Assembly: GCA_038209745.1 (NCBI GenBank)
Contig: JBBQXJ010000040.1
Coordinates: 1-41,003 of the forward strand
DNA: 41,003 nucleotides
Direction: 5' to 3'
Source: Verrucomicrobiota bacterium
GTDB lineage: Bacteria > Verrucomicrobiota > Verrucomicrobiia > Limisphaerales > CANJSG01
In this document: positions 16,301 to 27,632 of the stretch, in pieces
Position numbering within the stretch: position 1 is the stretch's first letter
How the letters are laid out: every line of letters begins with the position of its first letter
The notes under the pieces: generated by a model
The model's database searches: none
What the model saw: only the letters and a program-made list of their open reading frames with translations
Told to the model about the DNA's origin: nothing
Position numbers and translations under genes: made by a program

Positions 16301-18385
16301 TCACGGAGAGAGCACGCGGAAGAAGCTGCGGTCCCCACCGGGGTAGTTCGTCAAAGTGATGGTGCCGATCGCGCCGACGCCGGGTCGGTTGGTTGCGATG
16401 ATCAACCAGTTGGTCGTGCCGAGGTTGGTGTTCGCCAGGAGCAAGTAGCTCCGCGACGGCAGGGCGAAATTGGTCAGGACATAGAAGCCGGCATTGGTCG
16501 AGACCATGGTGTTGGTGCCGATCGCGTTGGTGAGGACAGCGCGGGGAAACGCCGTGATCGACAAAAACGGGGCATTCGCGAGGAAGTCGATGTCGGTCGC
16601 GCCGCCTGTGGGATTGAATGGATCGGCGGTGCCGACGGTGACGAGCCGCGAGACCGGAATGAAGCCTGCGCCGAGGTTGGTGGGATAGACGGTGTAGGTG
16701 TCGGCCAGAAGGTTGGTGAAGGCGAAGACACCATTGGTGTCGGTGGTCGTGCGGACGTTGCCGGCCCAGACATCGAATCCAACGACGAGGTTCGTGACGA
16801 TGGTCGTTCCCAACGCATGGATCTCGGCCAAGCGGCCGTGGACGGGAAACACGGGGGCGAGCTCGAAGGCGCCGATGTCGGGCGGATTGAAGACTCCGCG
16901 AGCGACTCCGCGCGCGTCCTGGGGCGGAGCGGTCGTGGGGTCGCCGGCGTCGATGGCCGGGCTGCCGGGGCCGAGTCCGACGGTCTGGAGGACACCGTTG
17001 TTTTGCTGGAGCGGCTGGAGGAGGGAGGCGAGGTTCTGGCGACTGGTAGCGTGGGTCCAGACGACCGAGTTGTCCGAGGAGAGATTGTAGCCGCCGTCGG
17101 AAAGCGCGCCCCAGACGTTGGCCGGATTGCCGTTGCCGAACAACGTGCTGTTGCAGACGGCGGTGCCCAGCATGTTTGAAACGGCGAGGGAACCGCCCTT
17201 GGGTGTGCCGGGTTGGCCCGGGTTGGTCGGAGGAGTGCCCCCTCCGCCGGCAGGACCGTTGGTGCCGGCGATGGCGGCGTTCGTGGCCCAAGTGCTGTAG
17301 AAAACGGTGCCGCCGCCATCGGTGAAGACCGAGCCACCGATCGCGTCGCCGCCGTTGCCCCCGGCGCTGGCCCGGACGATCCCATTGGGCGAGTTGCCGC
17401 CGTGGCCGCCGGCTCCCCCGATGGCCGTGTTGTTGGCGAAGGTCGTATTGAGGAAAGTGAACGCTCCGCCAAGATGCAGCGCGCCGCCGATGGCGTGACC
17501 GCCGGGATGGCCTGGCGCGCCGGTGGCACCGTCGCCGCCGACCGACCCGACGGCCGAATTTCCAGACAACGTCGCGTTGGTGAGCGCGACCGTTCCCAAA
17601 GTGTAGACCGCTCCACCGAAGGCGCTGGCTGCCCGGCCGCCCTGTCCGTTGATTCCTTGGAGACCGAGACTGCCGCTGCCAACAGGGCCGCCGGTGCCCG
17701 GGGTGCCGGCCGTGGCCTTGTTGCCGGAGAAGGTAACCTGTTGGCCGACGACGGGCCCGGTCGCGTAGATCGCGCCGCCCCAAGCGGCGGCTCCGTCTCC
17801 GCCGTTGCCGCCGGTCAGGCCCCAGGGCCCGCTGGCGCCTTTCGCTCCGTTGCCGCCTTTGCCGCCTTTGGCCGCATTGTTGTTGAAGGCCACGTTCGTG
17901 AGGATCAGCGCTCCGTCGCTGTAGATCGCTCCACCCTGCGCCTCGGTGCCGGATGTCCCGGCGTCGCCAGCGTTCAGCGCGTTGGTTGCATCGGTGCCGC
18001 TGGCTTGGTTGCCCGAGAAGACGACGCCATTGGCGGTGACTCGGCCGCCTTCGTTCCAGATGGCTCCGCCAAATGAAGCCTTGCCGTTCTGCAAGGTGAC
18101 GCCCGACAGGGTCAAGGAAACGCCGCTGGCGACATGGAAAAGGCGATGGGTCGCGACGGCGTTGAAGGTGAGCGACGAGAGGCCGGTCGCGTCCAACTTC
18201 GTGTCCTGTTGGATCAGGACTTCGTTGGTCAAGTTGAGGGTGCCGGCCGACGCAAAGGTAACAACTCCGCCAACGGCGAGGGCTGTTTCGAATTCACCCT
18301 GGTTCAGATTCGTGACCACGGCGGCACGCGACGGCAAGCCGATGAGCAGGCAGAGCAGGGCGAGCAGTGAGAAACGTCCGGACAC
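16301..18385 (-). CDS. Secreted Gly-rich beta-helix surface protein (GGA/FxxN repeats, choice-of-anchor Q-like domain, Ig-like domain)
   Basis: Signal-like LLALLCLLIGLPSRA; repeated GGAIY/FSGN; GSPAIDAG..DARG..PDIGAFE. Start uncertain (ORF extends to 18637). Confidence 0.8.
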   Translation of the reverse strand: MSGRFSLLALLCLLIGLPSRAAVVTNLNQGEFETALAVGGVVTFASAGTLNLTNEVLIQQDTKLDATGLSSLTFNAVATHRLFHVASGVSLTLSGVTLQNGKASFGGAIWNEGGRVTANGVVFSGNQASGTDATNALNAGDAGTSGTEAQGGAIYSDGALILTNVAFNNNAAKGGKGGNGAKGASGPWGLTGGNGGDGAAAWGGAIYATGPVVGQQVTFSGNKATAGTPGTGGPVGSGSLGLQGINGQGGRAASAFGGAVYTLGTVALTNATLSGNSAVGSVGGDGATGAPGHPGGHAIGGALHLGGAFTFLNTTFANNTAIGGAGGHGGNSPNGIVRASAGGNGGDAIGGSVFTDGGGTVFYSTWATNAAIAGTNGPAGGGGTPPTNPGQPGTPKGGSLAVSNMLGTAVCNSTLFGNGNPANVWGALSDGGYNLSSDNSVVWTHATSRQNLASLLQPLQQNNGVLQTVGLGPGSPAIDAGDPTTAPPQDARGVARGVFNPPDIGAFELAPVFPVHGRLAEIHALGTTIVTNLVVGFDVWAGNVRTTTDTNGVFAFTNLLADTYTVYPTNLGAGFIPVSRLVTVGTADPFNPTGGATDIDFLANAPFLSITAFPRAVLTNAIGTNTMVSTNAGFYVLTNFALPSRSYLLLANTNLGTTNWLIIATNRPGVGAIGTITLTNYPGGDRSFFRVLSP

Positions 18386-18651
18386 GGGCGCAGACTGAGC
18401 CCGAAATCTGTTGGCAAGCCAACGCTGAATTCCACACCCCAGAAACCAGCCCCTTCTCCGGCCGGAGAAGGGGCCATGCGCGGGAGAGCCGCGCGGATCC
18501 ATGTCCGCATCGGCGACGATGGTGGACCACGACGGATGCATGCCCTGGATCGAACACCGGCTTCCGGAAAACGATTCGCGCATCGTCTGGGCCGGCGGGA
18601 GTGCCGAAGGAACGGATTGGCATGAGCGGCGATTCATGGTTGAACGTTTCG

Positions 18652-19209
18652 ATGAACAAACTGGCGTTGCAGCTCGAGCGGTTCCTGATGCGCAAACCCG
18701 TCCTTGGCCAAGGCGTCTACGTGGCTCGCGGGGCCGTCGTGATCGGCGATGTCACCCTGGGCGACCATTCCAGCGTCTGGTACAACGCGGTGCTGCGGGG
18801 AGACATCAACCGCATCGTCGTGGGCCATCATTCGAACATCCAGGACAACGCCGTCCTGCATCTCGCGGACGACTTCGGGTGCATTCTTGGAAACCATGTG
18901 ACCGTCGGGCACAGCGCCGTGGTCCACGCCTGCACGGTGGGTGACGAGTGCCTGATCGGGATGGGCGCGGTCATCCTCGACGGCGCCGTAATCGGTGACC
19001 AATGCATCATTGGCGCCCGGACGCTGGTGACCCAGGGAATGAAGGTGCCGGCGGGATCGATGGTGCTGGGATCGCCCGGGAAAGTGGTCCGCCCGCTCAC
19101 TCCCGATGAACGGGCCGGACTGAAGCATTGGGCGGACAAGTATGTGGACAACGCCGCGTTCTGCCTCGTCCGGGGGATCGGTGTGGCTCCCGAGTTTGTC
19201 GGAGCCTAG
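18652..19209 (+). CDS. Gamma-class carbonic anhydrase family protein
   Basis: Hexapeptide repeats, VLRGD, NIQD..LH, VGH..VH..C. Confidence 0.92.
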   Translation: MNKLALQLERFLMRKPVLGQGVYVARGAVVIGDVTLGDHSSVWYNAVLRGDINRIVVGHHSNIQDNAVLHLADDFGCILGNHVTVGHSAVVHACTVGDECLIGMGAVILDGAVIGDQCIIGARTLVTQGMKVPAGSMVLGSPGKVVRPLTPDERAGLKHWADKYVDNAAFCLVRGIGVAPEFVGA

Positions 19210-19239
19210 CAGGCGACGCTGCCGGATACGCCGCGCGCT

Positions 19240-19566
19240 CTATGCCTTCTTCACGAAGCAGGCCTTCAGGCCGATGGAGACGCCTTCCATCTTGCAGGAG
19301 ATCTCGTGGTCGCCATCGACCAGTCGGATGGGTTTCGACTTCGTTCCGCCTTTGAGAACCTGAGACGAGCCTTTCAGCGGCAAGTCCTTGATCAAGGTGA
19401 CGCAGTCACCGTCGGCGAGGACGTTGCCGTGGGCGTCCTTGACGAGGCGCGCCTTCTCCGGTTCCGGCTCCTTCTGCCACTCGTGTCCGCAGGTCACGCA
19501 CTCCCAGCGGTCAGTGTTTTCCAATACTTCGGTCATCTCGCACATCGGGCAGGCTGGGTTGCTCAT
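19240..19566 (-). CDS. yjdM: Zinc-ribbon protein YjdM/PhnA
   Basis: CPMC..CVTCGHEW, KDAHGNVLADGD, IKDL, DGDHEI, LKACFVKK. Confidence 0.9.
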   Translation of the reverse strand: MSNPACPMCEMTEVLENTDRWECVTCGHEWQKEPEPEKARLVKDAHGNVLADGDCVTLIKDLPLKGSSQVLKGGTKSKPIRLVDGDHEISCKMEGVSIGLKACFVKKA

Positions 19567-19685
19567 AAAAAACTAGAAAAGCCAAGGCTGTCGGAGGGGC
19601 TCGATCGCGCTCTGTCCGTCTCAACACCTGGACCGTGCTTCCTGGGCGGAGGCTCCTGATATGGGGCCGGCCGCGAGGATTCGAT

Positions 19686-20573
19686 TCAGACTGTCTCCAC
19701 GCCTTCGTTGTCGGCCTCGAGCACGTGGACATCCGAATCCTTCAACGCACGCTGCATGGCGCGGGCGACGGCTTCGGGGTTTTCCAGCGTGAGACACATT
19801 ATGGTGGAGCCGGAGCCGCTGAGCCATCCGCCGATGGCGCCGGCTTTTTCGCCGGCGCGGATCACGGCGCTCAGCTGGGGAATGAGCCGCTCGCGATACG
19901 GCTGGTGGACCCGGTCGTCGAACACCCCGCGCAGCGCTTCGTAGTCGCCGAGCGCGAAGGCCGCTGAAACGAGAGCGGCGCGGTTGAGATTATGGACGGT
20001 GTCGGCCTTGGAGAAGGTCTGGGGAACGAGCTGGCGGGCCTTCTCCGTGCTGAGTTCGAAGCGAGGGATCAAGGTGACAAACTTGGCCTTGGGCGACACT
20101 GGGCAGCGGAGCACGCGGACGGATTTCCCGACGATGCCCGCCGCGGTGAAGCCGCCAAAGATGGCGGGGGCGGCATTGTCGGGATGGCCTTCCAGCTCGG
20201 TGACGAGATCGAGCAGGGCGTTGCGATCGAGCCCGGCTTTGGTCAGCTCGTTCAGCGCGGCGACCACTCCGAGACGGGCGGTGACGCTGGAGCCAAGGCC
20301 CCGGGCGATGGGAACGTCGCCCGTGAGGGAGATCTGGAAACCGAAGGACTTCTTCCGGGCGCGCTTGAAGAACAGCGCGGCGGAGGCGGCCAGCATGGCG
20401 GTCGCGCCGGCCCGGGAGTCGGCCGAGATGGGCGACGTGATCTCCGCGCCGCGTTTCGCGGAGGGTGCGACGGTGACGCGGTTGTAAAGGCGGACGGCAA
20501 GGCCGAGCGTGTCGAAGCCGGGACCGAGGTTGGCGGTGGTGCCGGGAACGCGAATGGTGACGGATTCGGGCAT
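19686..20573 (-). CDS. thrB: Homoserine kinase
   Basis: PGTTANLGPGFD, PIARGLGSS, EGHPDN, SGSGST. Confidence 0.95.
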   Translation of the reverse strand: MPESVTIRVPGTTANLGPGFDTLGLAVRLYNRVTVAPSAKRGAEITSPISADSRAGATAMLAASAALFFKRARKKSFGFQISLTGDVPIARGLGSSVTARLGVVAALNELTKAGLDRNALLDLVTELEGHPDNAAPAIFGGFTAAGIVGKSVRVLRCPVSPKAKFVTLIPRFELSTEKARQLVPQTFSKADTVHNLNRAALVSAAFALGDYEALRGVFDDRVHQPYRERLIPQLSAVIRAGEKAGAIGGWLSGSGSTIMCLTLENPEAVARAMQRALKDSDVHVLEADNEGVETV

Positions 20574-20575
20574 GG

Positions 20576-21553
20576 CTAGTCTTCGGCTTTGCTTTCGCGG
20601 GTCAGGAGGTCGAGGACGGCAAACCTGGGGTTCTTGCCCTGGTAGAGGACCGCGTGGATCTCTTCGATGATCGGAGTGTCGACGCCGAGCCTGTTCGCCA
20701 GCTGCCACGCGGCCCGGACAGTGGGATAACCTTCGACGACCGACCGGCTCTCGGCGATGAGCTGTTCGACGTTCGCGCCGCGTCCGAGCTTTTCACCGAA
20801 GGTGCGGTTGCGGCTGAGCTTCGAGAAACAGGTGACGGTGAGGTCGCCGAGACCGCTGAGGCCCCCGAAGGTTTCCGGCAGCGCCCCGCAGGCGACGCCC
20901 AGCCGGCGCATCTCCGCAAGGGCGCGGGTGATGAGGGCGGCTTTGGCGTTGTCACCCAGGCCGAGCCCCTCGCAGGTGCCGGCGGCGATGGCGAGGGGGT
21001 TCTTCAACGCCCCGCCCAGCTCCACGCCCCGAAGATCGGTGCTGGTGTAGACGCGGAAAGCGGGTGAATGGAACATCTGCTGGACGCGACGCGCGGTGGC
21101 TTCGTCCCGGGCGGCGGCGACGCAGGCGGTGGGTTCGCCGAGGGCCATTTCGAGAGCCAGCGTCGGGCCGGAAAGAGCGGCGGGAATGGCCGCCGGCATG
21201 GTCTGGCCGATGATCTCGCAGGGGGTGCAGCCCGTGTCGAATTCGATGCCCTTGCTGGTGCTGACCGCGATGCCGGCGAAACCCGAGATCCGAGAGCAAT
21301 TGGCCCGGAAGGTCTTGGATGGAACCGAGAGAACGACGACGTCGGCGCCGTCCATGGCCCGCTCCAGATCGGGTTCCAGCACGAGCTTCTCGGGAAGCTC
21401 CACTCCGGGCAGCGCCTTGTGTTGGCGGGTTTCTGAAAGCTGGGCGAGCGACTCCGGGCGATGGGCCCAAAGCGTGACGTGGTGGCTGTTGTGGACGAGA
21501 TGCCGGGCGAGGGTGGTGCCCCAGGCCCCGGCGCCGAGAACGGTGATCTTCAC
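20576..21553 (-). CDS. gpsA: NAD(P)H-dependent glycerol-3-phosphate dehydrogenase
   Basis: GAGAWGT, SKGIE, SGPT, GALKN, GLGDL..T..SRN; GTG start overlaps the plsY stop. Confidence 0.95.
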   Translation of the reverse strand: MKITVLGAGAWGTTLARHLVHNSHHVTLWAHRPESLAQLSETRQHKALPGVELPEKLVLEPDLERAMDGADVVVLSVPSKTFRANCSRISGFAGIAVSTSKGIEFDTGCTPCEIIGQTMPAAIPAALSGPTLALEMALGEPTACVAAARDEATARRVQQMFHSPAFRVYTSTDLRGVELGGALKNPLAIAAGTCEGLGLGDNAKAALITRALAEMRRLGVACGALPETFGGLSGLGDLTVTCFSKLSRNRTFGEKLGRGANVEQLIAESRSVVEGYPTVRAAWQLANRLGVDTPIIEEIHAVLYQGKNPRFAVLDLLTRESKAED

Positions 21554-22176
21554 TTGGTTTCCTTCTTCTTTCCGAAGCGGTTCTCGGTGCCGTTGAGGAG
21601 ACGCTGGATGTTGTCCTTGTGCTTGTAGATCGCGAGGAGTCCGAGCACGAGCACGACCGCGAACTTGGCTTCGCGGTGGCCGAGGAGCTTGGCGGCGACG
21701 GGCAGAGCGGCCGCGGCCGCGATGGAGGCCAGAGAGACGTATTTGCTCAGGTAGAAGACGACGATCCAGACGAGAACGACGATGCCCAACACGATGGGCA
21801 TCCAGGCGAGCAGCACCCCGGCGGAGGTCGCAATGCCCTTGCCGCCCTTGAACTTCAGCCAGCACGGGTAGTTGTGGCCCATGACGGTGAAGATGCCGGC
21901 GAGGAGCTGGAGGGTTTCGACGTTCTCCACGAGACCGAAATGGGCCAGCAGGGGCAGCAGGATTTTGACGGAGGAATAGCCCTTCAACGCGTCGAAGAAC
22001 AAGACGAAGGCTCCGGCCGGACGGCCAAGGACGCGGAAGGCGTTCGTCGCTCCGATGTTTCCGGAACCGACGCTGCGGATGTCGATGCCCTTGGCCTTGG
22101 CCACGAGGAATCCGGTCGGGATGGATCCCAACAGATACGCGGCGAGGCAGAGCACGATGTAACCGGCAAGTGACAC
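21550..22176 (-). CDS. plsY: Glycerol-3-phosphate acyltransferase PlsY
   Basis: YLLGSIP, GSGNIGATN, FKGGKGIAT, HKDNIQRL. Confidence 0.96.
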   Translation of the reverse strand: MSLAGYIVLCLAAYLLGSIPTGFLVAKAKGIDIRSVGSGNIGATNAFRVLGRPAGAFVLFFDALKGYSSVKILLPLLAHFGLVENVETLQLLAGIFTVMGHNYPCWLKFKGGKGIATSAGVLLAWMPIVLGIVVLVWIVVFYLSKYVSLASIAAAAALPVAAKLLGHREAKFAVVLVLGLLAIYKHKDNIQRLLNGTENRFGKKKETK

Positions 22177-22502
22177 GGGGCGGACTGTAGGGAGGCGTTT
22201 TCCGACGCGGCAAGACAGTTCCCGAAGAACGCGATCGCCTGCGACGGGTCCGGCGAAGGAAAGGTGCGGGCGCGGACTGCTTTGGTGCAGATGGAATTGC
22301 TCTCGCTCAGCCGGAACGATGCAGTGTGGATTGGGGGGCGCCCGCCACGGGCGCAGTGGACCGCGCCCTCGCGGTCCATCGGAGGCGCAGGAAACGATTC
22401 ACCGCCGGGTGGGTCCGGACGCGTCCGGGTCCGGCGCGGGGCGCGCCGGACGGCAGCCGGGGCGGCTGCGATCCCCGTTCACTTCCACTGCATGGTTCTC
22501 GC

Positions 22503-23213
22503 TCAGGCGAGCAGGACCCGGGTGGCCCGACGCGACTGGATCATTCGGCCAAGAGGCAGGGTGGGCGAGTCCGAGAGCACGTCGGCCAAGGCGGCTTCTT
22601 TGCCGGGTCCCGCGATCAGGACCCAAGCGTCCTTGGCCGCGGCGATCTGCGCGTAGGACATGGTGATCCGCTCGGGTGGCGGTTTGGGGGAGGATTGGAC
22701 GGCGAGGAACGGCTCGGTGCAGTCGACGACTTCCGGACCCGCTCCGGGAAAGAGCGACGCGCTGTGGCCGTCTTCACCCATGCCGAGAAGGACGAGGTCC
22801 ACCTCGGGCAGGCCGCCGACACCGGCCGGGACGTTTTCGCGAAGCTGGCTGTTGGCCAACGTGACTGCGTCGGCCTGGGGGATCTCCCCGCGCAGGCGGA
22901 AGATGTTGTGGGCGGGGATCTGCAGCGGCTTCAGAAGCAGTTCCTCGGCGAACTTGAAGTTGCTCTGGTCGTCGGTCGTGGGGACGCACCGCTCGTCCAC
23001 CCAAAAAAAGTCGACCGCCTGCCACGGCACGGATTTGCGGGTGGACTGGACCACGGCCTCACGGAACAGCGCCAACGGAATCCGCCCGCCAGAAAGACCG
23101 ACCGAGAAGCGGCGGCCAGCAGCCACGCGCTGATTGATGGCCTCGATCCAGTCGCTCGCGGCGGCGCGCGCGAGCTCCGTATCGGAGCCGAAGCGCAGGA
23201 GGGAATGTTTCAT
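22503..23213 (-). CDS. pgl: 6-phosphogluconolactonase
   Basis: LSGG, DERCVP..SN, LLGMGEDGHSASLFP, KPPPERIT. Confidence 0.95.
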   Translation of the reverse strand: MKHSLLRFGSDTELARAAASDWIEAINQRVAAGRRFSVGLSGGRIPLALFREAVVQSTRKSVPWQAVDFFWVDERCVPTTDDQSNFKFAEELLLKPLQIPAHNIFRLRGEIPQADAVTLANSQLRENVPAGVGGLPEVDLVLLGMGEDGHSASLFPGAGPEVVDCTEPFLAVQSSPKPPPERITMSYAQIAAAKDAWVLIAGPGKEAALADVLSDSPTLPLGRMIQSRRATRVLLA

Positions 23214-23237
23214 TCGACCCAGGAGTTGCCCGGCGGT

Positions 23238-24812
<1,575 letters not shown>

Positions 24813-25035
24813 GTGGGGCGGGAGGATGTGAGACGAATCCCGGGAATTCAACCCTTCTTGCCATCGGTCTGTCCGGGTGGTCTCACCGAAGCCGGCAGCT
24901 CTGCATCATCGCTGGCGTGGATGACTTCGCGCACCGATCCGACGGGTAACCGAGGACGACTGCGGCGGGCCTTGAATTCCGCGGAACCATCTGGGTCGGC
25001 GGCCGGATTGTCTGTTCCATGCCTCGCCCATCCGG

Positions 25036-25257
25036 GTCAATGCTGTCGCGCTCGGCTGGATCGGGTCGGACCTGATGCGCAAAGCCCTCTCCGGCGATCC
25101 GGCCCGGGCCGCCAAGATTCTCGGCCACACTCCGAGGAACCGCTTCGAGACTGCCGAGGACATCGGCTGGGCGGCCAACTGTCGCGGCTCGCCCGCCGTG
25201 AAATTTGTCCCCGGCGTGACGTTGCCGGTCGACTGCGGCATGAGCATCGGGTTTTGA
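25036..25257 (+). pseudogene. C-terminal remnant of an SDR-family oxidoreductase
   Basis: [38 protein letters not shown]; no Rossmann N-terminus or YxxxK in frame. Confidence 0.7.
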
Positions 25258-25371
25258 CCGACATCGGGTTTGGCGCTGACCCGCCTACGGCCGTGACGAT
25301 CGTTGTTCTGTGGTCTAGGGAATTGACTGAATGCGCGGCCACGTCCGACGCTCCAAGCAACCATCCGATCC

Positions 25372-26343
25372 ATGAAGACACCCCTCGCCCACTCCTTGGT
25401 CGCCGCCTGTTCGCTGGCGCTCTTTCTTGCTCCCGCTCTTCGCGCCGCCGATAACGGACCTTCCCGGAAACAGCTTCCCCCGGCGGGTCGCGAGAAGCCC
25501 GATGTGAAGTATCCGCTGGGCCCCGACTCCCAGGTAAAGGAAGGCGTTCCCCACGGCACCGTCACCGACTTCGTGTGGAAGGACAGCAAGGTCTTCCCCG
25601 GCACCATCCGCCATTGGTCCATCTACGTTCCGGCCCAATACGACCCGGAGAAGCCCGCCGCCCTCATGGTCTTCCAGGACGGGCACACCTACCTGAAGAA
25701 GGACGGCGATTTCCGCGTTCCCACGGTCTTCGACAACCTCATCGCGGCGAAGGAAATGCCCGTCACCATCGGCGTGTTCATCGATCCAGGCTTCAAGCGG
25801 GACGCGCTGCCCGATGCGCCGCGTGACTGGCGGCCGCAGCCGGAGAACCGCAGTTTCGAATACGACACCCTCAGCCCGGCCTACTCCGAGTTTCTGCTGT
25901 CGGAAATCCTGCCCGAGGTTCGGAAGCACTACCGCATCACCGATGATCCCGAAGGCCACGCCATCGCCGGGATCAGCAGCGGCGGAATCTGCGCATGGAC
26001 CGTCGCCTGGGAGCGGCCCGACCAGTTCCAGAAGGTGCTCTCCCATGTCGGCAGCTTCACCGACATCCGGGGCGGCCATAAATACCCCGACATCATCCGG
26101 GCCGCCGATCCCAAGCCCATCCGCGTCTTTCTCCAGGACGGCGACAACGACCTCCGCACCGAGCCGGGCAACCGCCGCCCGGGTTGGAACTGGGTCATCG
26201 GCAATCTGAACATGGCCGCCGCGCTCGAGGAGAAGGACTACGACTACAAAGCCGTGCGCGGCGAAGGCAGCCACAACGGCAACCATGGTGGCGCCATCCT
26301 GCCCGACTCCCTGCGTTGGCTCTGGCGCGGCTACCAGAAGTAG
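25372..26343 (+). CDS. Secreted alpha/beta-hydrolase esterase (enterochelin esterase-like)
   Basis: Signal peptide; YVPAQY, VFQDG, nucleophile GISSGG, GSHNG. Confidence 0.9.
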   Translation: MKTPLAHSLVAACSLALFLAPALRAADNGPSRKQLPPAGREKPDVKYPLGPDSQVKEGVPHGTVTDFVWKDSKVFPGTIRHWSIYVPAQYDPEKPAALMVFQDGHTYLKKDGDFRVPTVFDNLIAAKEMPVTIGVFIDPGFKRDALPDAPRDWRPQPENRSFEYDTLSPAYSEFLLSEILPEVRKHYRITDDPEGHAIAGISSGGICAWTVAWERPDQFQKVLSHVGSFTDIRGGHKYPDIIRAADPKPIRVFLQDGDNDLRTEPGNRRPGWNWVIGNLNMAAALEEKDYDYKAVRGEGSHNGNHGGAILPDSLRWLWRGYQK

Positions 26344-26413
26344 ACTGCGCGCCGCACCGGGCAGAATTCCTGCCTGTTCAAACCCGCTTCCGCGCCTATC
26401 GTTCGCCCCCGAT

Positions 26414-26950
26414 ATGACCGACAGATCCGCCACCCCCGCCGAGATTTTGGCCGCCATCCGCGACATCCCGAACTTTCCGAAGCCGGGCATCCACTTCAAG
26501 GACATCACCCCGGTGCTGGCCGATGGCCGGCTCTTCGCCGCGACGATCGACCATCTGCTGGCCGGCTTCAAACCGGGCGACATCGACGTGGTCGTCGGCA
26601 TCGACGCGCGCGGCTTCATCTTCGCCGGCGCGGCCGCGCTGCGGCTGGGCTGCGGTTTCGTGCCGGTGCGCAAGAAGGGCAAGCTGCCGTTCGACACCTA
26701 CGAGGCCAGCTACGACCTGGAATACGGCTCGAACACCATCGCCATGCACATCGACGCGGTGAAGCCCGGCACCCGTGTCGCCCTCATCGACGACGTGCTG
26801 GCAACCGGTGGAACGGCCGCCGCCGCCGTGGAACTCTTGAAGCGAGGCGGCGCGGTGATCGTGGAAGTGGGCTTCGTGATCGAGCTCGGGTTCCTCAACG
26901 GCCGGTCGAAGCTGGGCGACGTGCCGGTGAGGTCGGTGGTGACGTATTGA
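26414..26950 (+). CDS. apt: Adenine phosphoribosyltransferase
   Basis: PNFPKPGIHFKDITP, DARGF, RKKGKLP, IDDVLATGGT. Confidence 0.97.
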   Translation: MTDRSATPAEILAAIRDIPNFPKPGIHFKDITPVLADGRLFAATIDHLLAGFKPGDIDVVVGIDARGFIFAGAAALRLGCGFVPVRKKGKLPFDTYEASYDLEYGSNTIAMHIDAVKPGTRVALIDDVLATGGTAAAAVELLKRGGAVIVEVGFVIELGFLNGRSKLGDVPVRSVVTY

Positions 26951-27013
26951 GGGGCGAGAAACTTCGACAGCCAAAACACATGGGATTGAACTCGAACTCC
27001 GGGTTCAGGCGGC

Positions 27014-27418
27014 ATGGAACGTATGCAAGACATAATGCAAGAGCTGAAGCCTATCGGTGAGAGATATGCCGCAGGCGATTTCCAAAGCGGCTTGGCATTG
27101 CTACACGAGCTTTGGGCTCGGCTTCCCGCGCCGAAACCAACTACCCCAAACGCCTACATGGTCATCGAATATGGTGTGGCGTTCGCTTTGAAACTGAGAG
27201 ACCTGAATGATGCCTGGGTATGGGCAAATCGAGCGCCAGAGTTTAAGGAACAGCGACAAGACCGGGGAGAGGTCGAATTCTTGATCGGCAAAGTCGCCTA
27301 CGAAGATGGCAAATGCGACATAGCGTTGGCGCAGTTTCGTGAGGCGAACCAAAAATCACGAGGCAGAGTGTTCGTTGATTCAGATCCCAAGTATGCAGCA
27401 TTCCTCAAGGCAAAATGA
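27014..27418 (+). CDS. TPR-like hypothetical protein (immunity-protein-like), atypical composition
   Basis: Helical; WARLPAPK..GEVEFLIGKVAYE..GRVF..DPKY; visibly more AT-rich than its neighbours. Confidence 0.7.
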   Translation: MERMQDIMQELKPIGERYAAGDFQSGLALLHELWARLPAPKPTTPNAYMVIEYGVAFALKLRDLNDAWVWANRAPEFKEQRQDRGEVEFLIGKVAYEDGKCDIALAQFREANQKSRGRVFVDSDPKYAAFLKAK

Positions 27419-27632
27419 ACCAACCGCCCAACCGCGCGCTGAAGCAAGCCGCGGCGAACTGTCGTAGGGCCGGTGTCGTCAGGTCGCTCCCATGCTTGAA
27501 CAGGTTCACATGACCGGAGGAGCTCGGCTTAATCATCTCAATGCGAGTTTCTGGCCCTAATGACTAGTCCTTCTTCACTTCTCCTGAACTTAGCTCTGAG
27601 CACGCGGACGTGACCGTCCGCGCTCCTTCGCC

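Noticed and set aside
20576..22213. 545 aa extended GpsA
   Set aside because: N-terminal extension is an alternate frame over plsY; true start is GTG 21553
22214..22502. GC-rich hairpins between pgl and plsY as riboswitch/ncRNA
   Set aside because: Only short GC palindromes expected at this GC content; no recognisable RNA family motif
27426..27560. Complete attC site/integron array
   Set aside because: Only a 5' half-like motif; no complementary GTTRRRY end, no further cassettes and no intI
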